From positions 186,001 to 250,000 of the forward strand of contig DF236966.1 in the NCBI GenBank assembly GCA_000708835.1: 64,000 nt of DNA, written 5' to 3'. The notes beneath the pieces were generated by a model, which saw nothing but the letters and a program-made list of their open reading frames with translations, did no database searches and was not told the DNA's origin. Source of the DNA: Klebsormidium nitens (lineage: Eukaryota; Plantae; Klebsormidiophyceae). The translations under genes were made by a program, and so were the position numbers. Shown here piece after piece: positions 37,501 through 50,200 of the stretch. Numbering within the stretch: position 1 is the stretch's first letter; each line of letters begins with the position of its first letter.

Positions 37501-38383
37501 ATGGGCGGGGAGGGAGGTATGCTTTTGGCGCCTTCTTTTCTCCAATTCATGTTGAGGGCTCCCGGTTGCTGCCGTTCTGCCCCGTCGTTATCTTGTTCAG
37601 TCCCGCTTTCATCTCCTGTTCAATGCCGTTGCTTTTTATTCGTCGTCCCACGCATTGTGGATATAACTTTTGGAAGCCGCCCATCGCTGTATCTAAGACT
37701 TTGAAGTTGTAAAACCAAGCTCTTTCTTAAAACGATGATATCGCAGCTTATCGTGGGCTCGGGTTTTACACGGGAGCCTTACCCTTGTCAGCGGCCAAAA
37801 AGTCTGTTCTCCTGGACGAAGATACGTCAAGCTGGGGGAATCTCGAGTGCCAACTGCTATCTCACGAAAAGCAGAGTCCCTCGATTGCCTCCGTGCTTGC
37901 ATCGGTTGCATTTGAATGAGTCCCTTGTCTCCTTCTCTTGTCTCCGTCTGCACGAATTGGGTGTCACCAGGATGGCCCTCGGTCCAATGTTTTGGAGCCC
38001 GCTTGACCAGGTGGCCATGAAATTTGATTCTAACCAGGTAAGATTCAATTGATGCGGTACTGTTCCCGAGTTGTAATGCCAATATGTCGCGCTCAAGAAA
38101 CAAGACAGCAAAAGGAGCAGCGAACTGACACTATCGTCTCCAAGCAGATGTGGCCGCTTCGTCCGCTGACCCTGCAAGCTCTGCCTCCGACACGGCTCCG
38201 CCCGCGCCCGATGACGCCAGCGAATGGTTGTCCCGGGACGCGCCGCCCGAGGGAATCTTTGCGGAAGAATCTGCTGACGATAGCTGGGATGACGTCCCGG
38301 ATGACGTCAACGAGGGTGCCGGTTGGGGGGGCAGCGACGACGGCGGAGGCAGTTGGTTTGACGTGTTCGGTGACGGGGATTAG
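31584..38383 (+). CDS. Phospholipid scramblase/AIM25 family protein, probably mitochondrial
   Basis: Exons ~31584-31721, 32210-32635, 32968-33052, 33345-33386, 33665-33731, 34001-34066, 34530-34665, 35212-35352, 36028-36154, 36754-36859, 37301-37516, 38148-38383. RKVEWANLLIGFEQQNKY, GFVVEESNPILRQLLRSRRPF, IGEAHRRWHLWKRNYD, MAVIDRNWRGFGFELMTDAGQYCVRF, LSLSERAVILALAVSLDNDYFSRHS. Confidence 0.88.
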
Positions 38384-39663
38384 GACGTTTTGTGACGATC
38401 GCCGCCTCTCTCATCTATCTCGCAGTCTTCGGGTCCCATCTAATTGTATAATGAAATTATTAGCCGGATCTGCGCAATAAACACTCTCGCCAAAGGCTCG
38501 GGTCACCATATGCAAAGAGCACCGGTTATCTAACAACGGTTTGGAAAATAAGAGGCGCCTGCGGGGATTCTTGGATTGTCAATTTAAAGGCGCTGATTTC
38601 CGCTTTACAGGCCTGCGATTGTGCCGATGTCGATTGTTTCTTAACATCGACCAAAACCAATGATGCGCACAGATCGATCATGCTAGCAACTTGTGCAGGG
38701 TCGACCCATTGGGGTGTGCAGGGTCGAACCATCGGGGCAAACCATTGGTCTCCTCATCATTATAACTTGCTTGATATTAAGCTCTTACGCATTTTCAAAG
38801 GTTGGCGGCCCGCTTAGGTTTGAGTCGCAAGAGCAGTGATCGAGAACTTGTGCAATCAATGTTCGCGATAGTCATTGGATACTGCGGTTTCGGTTTGCAA
38901 GCTTAGAAAGATGTATACGGCGCCCCAACTGGTGTAATTATCTTTGATCACGTGCCGCCAGCACCATCATTGGCCACTGCACGGGCCCGCAACTGGCATA
39001 TTGCTGTCCGATCACGTTGTTGTGCATGGCGGCCGCGAAAGACATAAATCGTGCCGTGAAACAATGCTTAGCACGTATTGGTGTGCACATGCGCGCACCG
39101 TCTTTGACTTTGGGTTGATATGCATTCACCTAGCTGTACGCAATTTAATAAGGCCTGGCCACACTGAGAGTGAAATCATCCTACAGAATGATCGATGCAC
39201 TATTGTGTGCATTGTGCATGCCATCCTGACGTGATTGCGATATTTTCCGGCCACATGCATGAGTGTGATCCAATTGACCACCCCCTGATCTTGCGAGCTT
39301 GGATATTCATGACCGTCCACCGATTGAAGGGCCGCGCGGCTGTGCTGGGTCTTCAGCCTTGTTTTGCCCCTTCGTCAAGTCCCCCGAGTTTGTTCATTCA
39401 ATAATTCCAAGCTCCTAACGAGCTGACCAATGACCCCGCTCAGGTGATCCATGGTTCACCAAGGCCTCGCTGTTTTGCATTCTGGGCCTCAGGCGTCCTA
39501 GCCCTAAGCTTTCTTGAACGAACTTGAAACCGAAACCATTTTTGCGAGGTGAACTGGTTCACGAGCACAAGGCCCCGCTATTCCGCCCTCTTCGCCTCAA
39601 GGCTGCGCAATCTTTTCTGAACGGTCCATCAAAAGCAACAGCAAAATCTGCGCGCGCGCAGAA

Positions 39664-42169
39664 TATGGCGGAGCAGAAGGAAGGGGGTCTAAAGCTGCTG
39701 CCGGGGCTGCTGTCTGAGCTGCTGCCGGCTCAGATAGCACCGGGACTGAAAGAGCATTCAAATCACGAACAGCAGCAGAAAGAAGCAGAGGAGAGGGGCG
39801 GTTCTGATGAAAGAAGCTGGGATGAGCAGCGCTGGCGAGAGAAGCAGCAAGCGCAAGACGAGCAGCAAGAAGGGGTTCAAAGACAGAAGGTGAGACTGCA
39901 ACAGAACAAACTCGTGGTCGGTGGATTATGGAGTTCCCATGAGTCTTTAAATCTATCGGGTGCATGGAGTTTTTGGAAAGAGAATTTGGACATCGAGGAG
40001 AAAATGCTGTAAGAAGAGGGTTCTCACACTTGGCAAGAAGCCTGAGGGAGGCACTAGACTCAAATGTGATTGCTGGCCTGCTATGATCCTTTCCAAGAGG
40101 AGTTATGTCAAGAGAACATAGAAATGTATGAAGACATCTACCTTGATTGCATGGCATCGCAATGCAGGTTGTCTGTCTATCTTTTCTTTAACAAAGTCTT
40201 CAAGAACTGCGTCACATGAGGGCTGTTCCTGAAGCGTTGGAAGAAGGATACGGCAGTTTTTTTTGCTACTTCACTTGAAAGAACTCTGCTGTTCTTCTAA
40301 GTTGAAAGTGATGCGAAACCTCGTGTCCATTTGCATTTTCAACAGGCTGACGAGACAAGAGCAACGAATTCCTCGCACGCGACAAGCATGGGGGAAGAAA
40401 GCGAGGGCCGCTTCGGTCAGCTGCTGCCCGAGAAGACTGAAGCAGAGGCGATGCTAGAGGGGACCGATGAGCTGATCGAGAATCAGCAAGAGCATGCGCG
40501 AGAGGAAGAGCAATCACAGACCGAGGAGCAGCAGTTACAGGAGTTTCTCAGACAAATGGTACGACTATTTTCCCACAGACTATTTTCCCACAGACTTCGT
40601 GGTTTCCTTTTAGATTGTACTTTATCGAGGGACTATCTGGTAAGTAGGTTGTCTTGTAATGCGAATGGATAAGTCATGTATCTAAACGGAATGCTATTCT
40701 GGTCCAGCACTTGAGGAAGGAGATTATTACACGTTGATTTGATTGGATTGCGTCTGTTTTCAGAACTGTACAGAACCCCGATTGAGAAGATTTGAGCCAA
40801 TGCGTTTTAGTGGTGACTTCTGCTCCTTCACCAGCTTGGAGGCAATAGAACCATCACAACCAACCCATTTTGCAGGACACCAGAAGTGAGTCTCAGACCC
40901 ATCGGTTAGTCGAAGATGACATTCAAGGGGACATGCAGTGCACCGAGTGCCGGAGCGAAATCCGGGGAGAGAAAATGGTGAGTGCACACAAAAATTATTC
41001 CTTTCAGGGGATCGCGCCCAATTGAAGGTTGCGTTGAGCTGCAAAGCAATTCAACCACCGCTTGGCTTGGTCATTCTTCCAGCAACACAGCAATCCGGAT
41101 CTGTCGGTTGACGGCTAATCCGGCTTCCGCTGCTGCAGAAGCCGTCCGTTGGCCGGCGGGCGGAACTGCCGGTGGACGAGAGGGCGACTGCAACCATCCA
41201 CGTGGCACTACGCAACGCAAAGTGCGCGTTTACGTGCGCGGAGAAGACGCTGGCCGACCTGCAAGATCTCACGTACATGTACGCCCAGAAAGTAAGTGAC
41301 TTCTCAACCGTACTTCGTTCCTTACTGACCAAAGTTCGTGGAATTTAGTCGGGCACTCTCACAACAGCTTTGATATTGGTACGCAACAGGCTTGCATTTC
41401 TAGTCAAAGGACCCGTACTGTCAGGAGAATCTGTCGAGAAGTCTAGAGAGCACTGCTCTTTATCCAGGCGAAGGCTAGCGGTGGATCGTTTTCTTGGTTC
41501 TGTTAATTAAGTGATTGCTTTTTTTCCTGCAACATTCGTATAATAAGCTTGATTCTCATTTGCTTAATGCCAGCATACAGGACGCTCGACAAATACTGAA
41601 GAGCCATCTTTGCTTCCGACCCCAATGCTTATCGACGGGCCCCTCAGAGCCCCAAAGAGAGCGCTTCACGCGCCTTGCCTCGCTAGAAAGATTAGATGGA
41701 AATTTCATCCGTCTCTCTTGCCCGCTCAAATCGATTTACTCTGACATCCCCCGTCATTCCTTCGCTTTTTGGTCCGTTCGCCTCCAAATTGACACCTGCT
41801 TTTCCGCAGGCCGGGACCTCCCCTCAAGCTTTGGGCTTCGAAGAAGACCTCCTGCTTCCGCCGTTCAAAACCCTCATGCCCTCCAAACCCCTCGGCGCGG
41901 TGGGCGGCCGCGGGCTCTATGGCCTGGTGACAAATCTCGTAAGCCTGCCGGCGAAAGCGGCCGTCGCGGCCGCGTGCGCGGTCGTTGCCGCGAACGAATA
42001 CACGTACGAAGTCTCCGTGGACTTTATGGAGGCGGCTGCGCGCGCGGGGGGCGCGGTTCTCAGCGCGGCCGCGGGGCTAGGGGCCGCTGCCGCGGGGCGT
42101 GCGGCAATGGAAGGCGCGAAACCAACGGCGAAAAGCGTGATGAACGGGCCGCAGAAAATGGGCTACTAG
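39664..42169 (+). CDS. Uncharacterised protein, paralog A: acidic Q/E-rich N-terminus, helical core, Ala-rich C-terminus
   Basis: Exons ~39664-39888, ~40347-40558, 41139-41291, 41810-42169, with GT-AG. Shares EQQLxEFxRxM|, LPVD...YAQK| and |AGxSPQxLGF blocks and intron positions with the gene at 44273. Confidence 0.72.
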
Positions 42170-44272
42170 GGCCGGGACCGGCGACTGGGCGGTAAGCGTT
42201 GAAGCGGACCTGGGTTTGACGTTTTCGAACCTCATTAGAGATTCCTCTAGTTCGATCAGAATTATCCTGCTTTGTCTGGTAGATTCGCTCGCATTCCCTC
42301 TCCGGCCTCGGACAGTGAGGATTGGCTGAGGTACCCGAATCGGTATCACAGATCGGGACGGGGAATTGGTTCAACCATCTATCGAGAGCAACTTCCTGTC
42401 GAATGATTGTGACAAGTTATTTCTAAAATTTAATGGTTGCTTGTCTTACTCCAGCATCAGAATGGAACGTTTGTTTTGAAGTTTGTCGCCAAAGATGGAA
42501 GTCGGCTCATCAGTCACATGCCAAACAGCCTCGGCGATCAGTTTCTAGATTACTGCTGCCCATATGGAGATTACGTTTTCGAAACAAGACGTGCTTATGA
42601 TTGTGATCGACTGTGTGGCATTCTGTGAATGTAGCTGACATTCACCTTCTTGTTTCTTTTCCAGGAGCGACTCTTTCCCGGTTGGCTACATTCACCAGTA
42701 AAGCAAACATAAAATCCTCCAAAAGCAGAGATCCACTGGTTCTGAAAAGTCTTGGAGATGTCAAGCCACAGGGAGAGATTGTTGTCACAAGTGCCAAGGA
42801 GATTCCATCTCGTCAATCAAGGGAAGAGACGTAGATGAAGGATGGATAGCTGGAAATCGAGATACTCGTTCCCGCTTAAGTAGCGTACAACAGGTGTACT
42901 TGCTCTCAGTGTGATGTAATGAAAGCTTGGATTAAAAAGAATAATTGACGACAATTAATCTGGTTGTCAACTACAGCTTTTCATGAACATCTTGGCTTTG
43001 ATGCACGGGTGTACTTGGATAAGCGGAGCGGAAGTGGATTCAATGCGTCTTTTCAATCTTCGAATAAAGTAGATTGGCTCTGCGATGAGGCCGTTTTAGA
43101 GACAGTATGAACAACGTGGTCTGCCATTTGAGCAGATTGAAAGTCGTACTGGTTCTTTTGGATTTAGACGTGTCCCTAAAGGCGGCGATGTCCCTAAAGG
43201 CGCGGCCCCTGTAAACCGTCAGATCTGCGAATTAAATTGCTCGTCTGAATGCCGCTTATTATTGAGAGGAACGCTCCAAATAATTGCGAGCTTCGCGATC
43301 CGGTCGATTGGAACGTGCACGGAATAAATGAAGAACCGGAACTATAGGACCTATGGCCAGCGATGAATAGGATCGTCCAAGTTTCGAATACGCTATCTTT
43401 TATGATAACATCCTGCCACGTCAACACACAAATGCCCATGCCACTCCGTGGCCCCGATGGCCCCGACAGCCGTTCTCGACAAGAAAGCGCAGTCATCTGC
43501 TGTCTTAAGCTGGCATCAAACTTCCAACAGCCATACCATCATAATGTCTCATGTAATTTCGCTACTTACGCCGCTGATGATTGCAGTTAGTTTGTGCGCA
43601 ACGATAGCTCAGTAGTCCTTCGGTACAGACGTGCCCCACGTATTAAACTAAAGGTTGAAACTGTGTCCTGGTCGTTCTGCCCCGCAGTAGGCCAGAGTCT
43701 TTGCTTGTCCTGTTTGTTGCTGAACCTTTTCCGAGTGCGCGCATGCATACGCGTGTTTCGGAAATCTCCGCCGTTTTGCTTAGGCCGACACGAACTACAC
43801 AATTGATTCCGACACATCGCAGACTAGCAAAAGAGAGTATTGATCAGTCTGTGGTTCAAGCAGCATGCAATGTGACTTGGCATTGCGTTGCTCTGCATCA
43901 CTCACGAGACCTGTTGAGTTTTCGGTCCACGTGGAACTTCGATCGTGAAAGTTATCGGAAAGGTCTCACTTCGAACGATACCTCGTGCCAGGCTTGATCA
44001 AGGAATCACGCCAGCAATGCAGAAGAAGCGAGTTGTCTGCATAGGTAATTGGAAAGTATGACGTCAGCATCTGTTCATCCTCCGATGCGCTTTAGTCAAC
44101 TTGGAAACCAGAACTGAACAAGTCAATCGGCGTTGCGCAGCTGCCAAAAGACACGCGCCTCTGAAACCTTCATCTTTCTCTGATCACACTATAAGGCCCT
44201 CGCACCTCTCCCCATGCAAACAGTTCTTCTATCCAGCACAAGGCGCCGCGCGCGCTTGTTCTGAGAGCCCGC

Positions 44273-47200
44273 ATGGCTGCATGCGCGCGTGAGGGCGGCT
44301 GGGAACAGCAGCAGAAAGGTCAGGGCGACGAAGGAGACCTGGACTTCGTCGCACAGGAAGAGGAGGTGTGGGAACAGGAGGGGGGAAAGCCCAGGGAGGA
44401 CAACGGAACGATAGCGGAAGAGCAGCAGAGACTGGTGGAGCAGCAACTGGCGGAGTTTATCAGACACATGGTGAGATTATAGCAAAGTGGAGAAGAATCA
44501 AGGCGTCAATCTGCATATTTAAAAGTGTTTCAGTTTAACTTTGTGCAGGTTTGTCTAATCCTGAGAGTACCATTTTGAAGGCCACTTGAGTCCAATTTCC
44601 AGGTCCGGGGGCAGAGGGGTCCGGAGTTTTGCATGAATAAGCCTTGACTTTGACCATAATTTTGGCCGTCCCTCTCTGATGTCCTCGGCTTTGAATTCAT
44701 TCCAGAATTCTCGAAATCATTAGATGCAGCTTTCGGAAATTGAACGAAGAAGCAAATGCCCTCAGCAGACCTCCAGCTTCGTTGAGGAGACCGTAGCATT
44801 GCATCTATTTTGCTTTCACAATCAGAAGTTGTCTGCTTCTCGCATCGTGGCTGCGGATAAAAGCGATGTCAATATCTCAATCTAGCACTTGCCAAGCGAC
44901 GTTCGAAGCTGGTTGTAATTAAAGGCTATCTTCTTCATGAGCTATGAAAGAAAGAGTGCTTATTCGTATCAGCAACTTTTTGGACCTGTTTTGAACTGGA
45001 AATTTGTGTTTTTCCCAGTCGTGCATGAGAACATGTCGTATGAGGCAGTCAACCAGTATCGGTACTTTTCAAGACCCTTTGATACAATGCGAGATGCTCA
45101 AACCTCTAGGCGTCTGCTTGAGCTCGCAGTTGGGATCATCAAGCCACCCATTTTCATCTATTTCATTTCATTCAACCTCTGTTGTGGCGTCTGATAATCC
45201 TTTAACGCAGACACATGGGCTTACTTAAGAAGCGCATTCCCTGATCCAAAGAGGAGCCACGGTAATTTCCAAATTTCAGGTCACTTTGTACAGCATACGT
45301 CAGAAGAAGTTTTCACCGTCAAGCGACCTGCTAGGAGGCTGGTCGAGGGCCCTTCTACGAAAACGTGGTCGCAGCCGGGTTAGTTGCCCTCTAATCTTGG
45401 TAGAAGAGCTAACCATCTTTATGTCTCCCAAGCTCTAATGCCAGTCTCTAAGCGGGTGCAGGATCCGAACGCGGCAAAAGACTTCCCCTGCAAAGAGGCG
45501 ACCAAGGATGTTCAAGGCGCCGAAGTAGCGGGCCAGCGAAAGGGAAGGAAACAGGTGCGAAAAAAGATGGGAGTGCAACTTTTGATAAGACTGTCCTTGA
45601 AAGCTTCGTTGAGATCTCCTAGTCTTTAGTGGGCTGAACGAGTGCATATTTCGTGTTCGCACACCGTAGTGAAACTTGGGGGGTAGTCACACATCTGCTC
45701 GCGCACTACTGAGATAGAAACAGCCTCTAACCATCCGATAAGGCATCGGTGGGCAGCGTTGAGCAGATTCTTAGAGACGGTTTCCAAGGTTCCACGTGAT
45801 CAAGATTAGAACCATTTGTTCCTCCTTAACCCTATCGTCGTTTATTCGAACCTCGAAAAGAAAACAGTTACATCAATTATGCAATTCTTGCTAGTATGGA
45901 TTACTGGAGGCTTGTCATCGTACTTAAAAAGGCAGGAAGCGTTCGCAGGCGGCGAGGAAGCCGTCGTCGACGTTCAGCTAAACGTAAAAAGGGCTGAAAG
46001 CTGACATCAGCCCGCAATTTTCCACTTTCGAAAGGAGACAGATCGTGAGGTGCCCCGGCGTGGCATCCAGAAACAAAACGATAAAATCTTGCTATATCTC
46101 ATCCGTCTAATGAAAGGGTTGTCCGAAATGCAGGCGACGTCCGCGGGCGGCGAGGAAGTGATCATCGACGTTCCGGTCGACAAGAAGACGGCGGAAAAGC
46201 TGCAGCTGGCGCTCCGCCTGGCGGCGGACGTGCACGAGAGAGCGGAAAAGGAGCTGGAGGAGCTGCAGATCCTGGCGCGCGAGTACGCCCAGAAAGTGGG
46301 TTATCTTTTGGAATTCGGAGCGTTGTAGGTTCGGCTCTTCTTGATGAGGGTCAAGATAGAGGTTTGTAGAGATGTGCAATCTGACGAACACAAAGTTCAA
46401 GAGAGATGAGAACTGGAGCTGGACCTTCGAGCTCGTCCGAAAAGAGATTTGAGATCTGGTCTTGCGTTGTGGTGTAGATTCGGATTTCCGCACAATCCGT
46501 TTGGGCTTTTGCTCATGGGAGCCAGAATGGTTGCGCACCACGCTGCCCAAGTTTTGGGTTCATTTCGAGGTTGGTTCTGCTCATCAAACCGGTTACATGA
46601 GAAGTTTGGAATGAAATATTGCATAAGTCGCCCGCAATTAAGAATATGGAGTTAAAATGGGCTGCATATTTTGGCCCACGAAAACGCCCAGGAAGTGAGT
46701 ACCTTTGGGTGCGAATGGGGCTTGCAAAATGTGTTCTGAAATTTAGCTATGGAAGGTAATGTGGCTGCTTGCCGTCTTTTGTTTGTCTGGACCGTTGCCT
46801 GTCCACAGAGAACAAGAGGTCGTTGACGTGTGCTTCTTTCGCTCTTCAGAGATGCTTTTACCGAATTCTGATCCGACCATATTCCTTACGACGTGATTCA
46901 TTGCATCTCGACCGGCGGATTGTCCGCACTTTTTGTATCCCTGAGCAACTCGATGTAACAAGCTTCCAAACACCAAACCTCGTAACCTTTGAATTTGGCA
47001 TTTTGCCGAATTCACCAATAACCCGCCCTCTCCTCAGGCCGGTGCGTCACCTCAAGACCTGGGTTTCGATAAAGAGCTCTTGAAGCCGCCCTGCGAAGCC
47101 CCCGAGACCGCCGAGACTTACGAAACCCCCGCAGTCTCCGAGGTTCTCGAAGCCCCCCGCGCGCTCGCGGCCGCGGTCACGCCCGCGCCCGCGCGCGGGC

Positions 47201-50200
47201 TGGTGACGTCAGTGGTAATGCTGCCTGTCACCGTGGTGGAGGCGGCCGCGAACGCGGCCGCGAGCGCCGTCGAGGGCACGTTCGAGGTGACGATGGACGT
47301 CGCGGAGGCGGCCGCGAACGTGACCGCGGCCGCGGTGGACGCGGCCGAGAGCACGCTCGAGGCGGCCGTGCGCGCGGTGAAGGAGGGCGTGCGCGAGGTG
47401 GCGGACGTCGCGAAGAGCCTGGTGGGGGGCGCGACGGAGAAAGTCGAAGTCGCGGCCGCAAAAGTGAAGGGTGAGCGGAAGGGTTTGAAAATTTGAGATT
47501 CGAGGGTTTGGGTTTCGAGGGTGTGAGGTCGGGGCGGTGGGGGAAAGCTGTGATCGATTCGAAAGCTTATGAGGATCTTGATTGTAATCGTCCGGGTTTC
47601 AAGGATCAGCAGGGGACGCCTAAATCGCCCGCGCGGATTTCGACGGTCAACTTACTTCGATTCTCAAAAAGGATAGGTGACCCTAAAATCATAAATGATT
47701 CAAAAAGCATAATGCGAAAGACTTTCTTCCATCGCGTACCTGTGCAGTCAGAGACCATTGATCTTCAGTTATCGCCCTTCAGCATTCGGGCGATTCTCTC
47801 GGGCGCGTGGCGACCTCTGTCGGTATACTTGGAGAATGCACTTCGCCCGCCAGTTTCTTTGGCCATTGAAGATTCTATTGGATGATCGAACGCATTTCCT
47901 TTTCTTCGGGTGACAGAAACGGCGGTCGAAGCCCCCAAGCGTGCGGTCCAAACTGTGAAGGGTGGAGCGGAATACGTCGCGGGAACCGTGAAGGAAGGAG
48001 CGGAACGCGTGACGGAGACCGCGAAGGGCACGGCGGCCGTGGCTGAAAAGAAAGCGGAGGAGGTGGTGGAAACGGGCAAGGGCTTAGTCGGTAAGGAAAA
48101 AATCGCTCTGGTATGAGACTAAGGGACGGTGCGGTTTGAAATTAGGTTTTCCAGAATCTTGGCCGATCGCTTAGATTGAGCGCTATTGTTAAGCTTGTGA
48201 CTTCCAAGGCCGAAGCTAATCAAACATTAAGGTTCACCAAGAGATGGCATGATGTGTTTTTGCGGCGATTACAATGAATTGGGTCGTGCATGCGTTGAAA
48301 ACGTTTTCGGTAGGGCGTTGCATTTCGTGCTCGCACAACCACTTCTGACAAAGCGGCTGGAAACCACCACATGAGGAACGCCGAACAAGTGCATAAGTAT
48401 CTGGCCTGCCGAGATTCGGAAAATACGAGGAAAGATGCAGGAGGATATTGGTCCTTTTTAGAGAAAATGCTCAGGTCTGAAGAATGTTTCTGAACTCTCT
48501 CACATCAATCTTTCAGCGTCGAAGGACCCCAGACCAAGTATAGGAATGTATTCTACGAGGACTTCGTGCAGAATTCTCAGAGCGACTGAAGCACATGCTG
48601 TGAAGCTAAGACGAGAACGAACGGCTGTATCGAGTTGTCGCCACGCTGCGTGGAAACCCTATTCAGAGAGTCAATCCTTCCAAAGACTCCGTTCCTTCCA
48701 AAGAGTCCGTTTCGGAACATTTCGAAGACCGTCATGGGACATCAAACGGACTAATTCCTCAAAGAAACGTCAAATGCACCCAAATAGTACAGAGTGGAAC
48801 GGTGAACAGAGAAAGCCCCAGCTTAGTGTGAAATCTTCAACGCTACATGTCGCTCTGCAGGCAAAGCCGAAGAGATGGTCGAGGAGACGGTCAAGGAAGT
48901 GACCCACGTGACGCGGCGCGCGGTTGAAACCGTCGGTTAGGTTCAGGAGCTTCCAAAATTGAGAGTTTTGAAGATTTTAGATTTGAATGGTCGACTAAAG
49001 AGAGTTCGGCCTATCTTGGAGGGATCATGTGATCCTACAATGTCTGCTCTGCTCACCTTCTCTGATTCTTATCGCTGATCTCTCAACATGGTTCTGCAAC
49101 TTCATTTGCTCTGAAATTATCTGCTCTGCACTGGTTACTCTTGACTCGCCCTTCATCTTCACCCAGGTCAGGGTGGCAATCATATTCATTCCGTTCCGCT
49201 CACATTCCGTTTTGCAACGCAGAGGAAACGGCGGTCCGTCCCGCGGTCGAAGCGGTATCCGAGACGGCAACCAAAGCGTACGAAACTGCAAAGGGGGCGG
49301 CCGAAAGCGTAACCGGTGAGGAGCGTTTGACTCGTCAGGAAATCTGATTCAGTTGAGTGTCATCCTAAAGTCTGCTTGTCCAGGATTGTGATAGGATGGC
49401 GTTTAGGGACCCCCCGTTCAACGAAGCCGTTCTAGCAGGAAATGCATAGAAAGTATTCGGCGTAGAATTCGCGCAGAAGAAGTCCAGACTATCCAAAACA
49501 CCCGCTTCTGCGCTTTCTTTCGAAGAAGTCTTCATGGGGAAAAAAAGGGGGGTTTGAATTCTTCTCATAACAATGCCGCTACCAAATCTTATGCTGACGT
49601 TTCGTGACGCAGAGACCGTCACCGAGCCCGGGAAGGAGGCCGCGGGCCTGGCAGAGGAGGCCGCGAGGACCGTCAAGGAGGTGGGCGAGAACCTTTACGA
49701 AGATACCAAGGAGGCGACCGAGATCACCATGGGTGAGTTGGAAAGCGCGGACGCGCGCGCCCACAACGTCTATCAATGTTACTGGGTGAAGATTCAAAAA
49801 GGGTCTTTAGATAAGGGGTAGGAAAATGACGCGCGCGCACGCGCGCTGGAAGCTTTTGGACGACAGAGTAAACAGGGAGCGCAAGTCCGAGGCGAGCGAC
49901 TGTGCTCTTGAGTCAGGAACGGTAAACATGAACCGGCTCTCTTGTAAGAAGCTAGATAGATTTCGTTCAAACCCTCGACAGGAGCTTCAGATGTACGTCA
50001 AAGCTTGGTGCCATTCTGAGCAACACATGATCAAAAGCACGAGTTGGAGTCAATCGTGCTGTCTGAGGCCTGAATCCATGCTCTGTCCTTTGGCGGTGGA
50101 AAATGACGTTCGTAAAACTGCATTGGAAGGTTGACTTCATCGCGAAGATGCAAAACTGGATGCCTTGTTTTGCAGAGGCGGTCAAGCATACTGTCGAGGA

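Noticed and set aside
42437-42834. Two short ORFs between paralogs A and B
   Set aside because: No recognisable motif and no consistent start or splice model.
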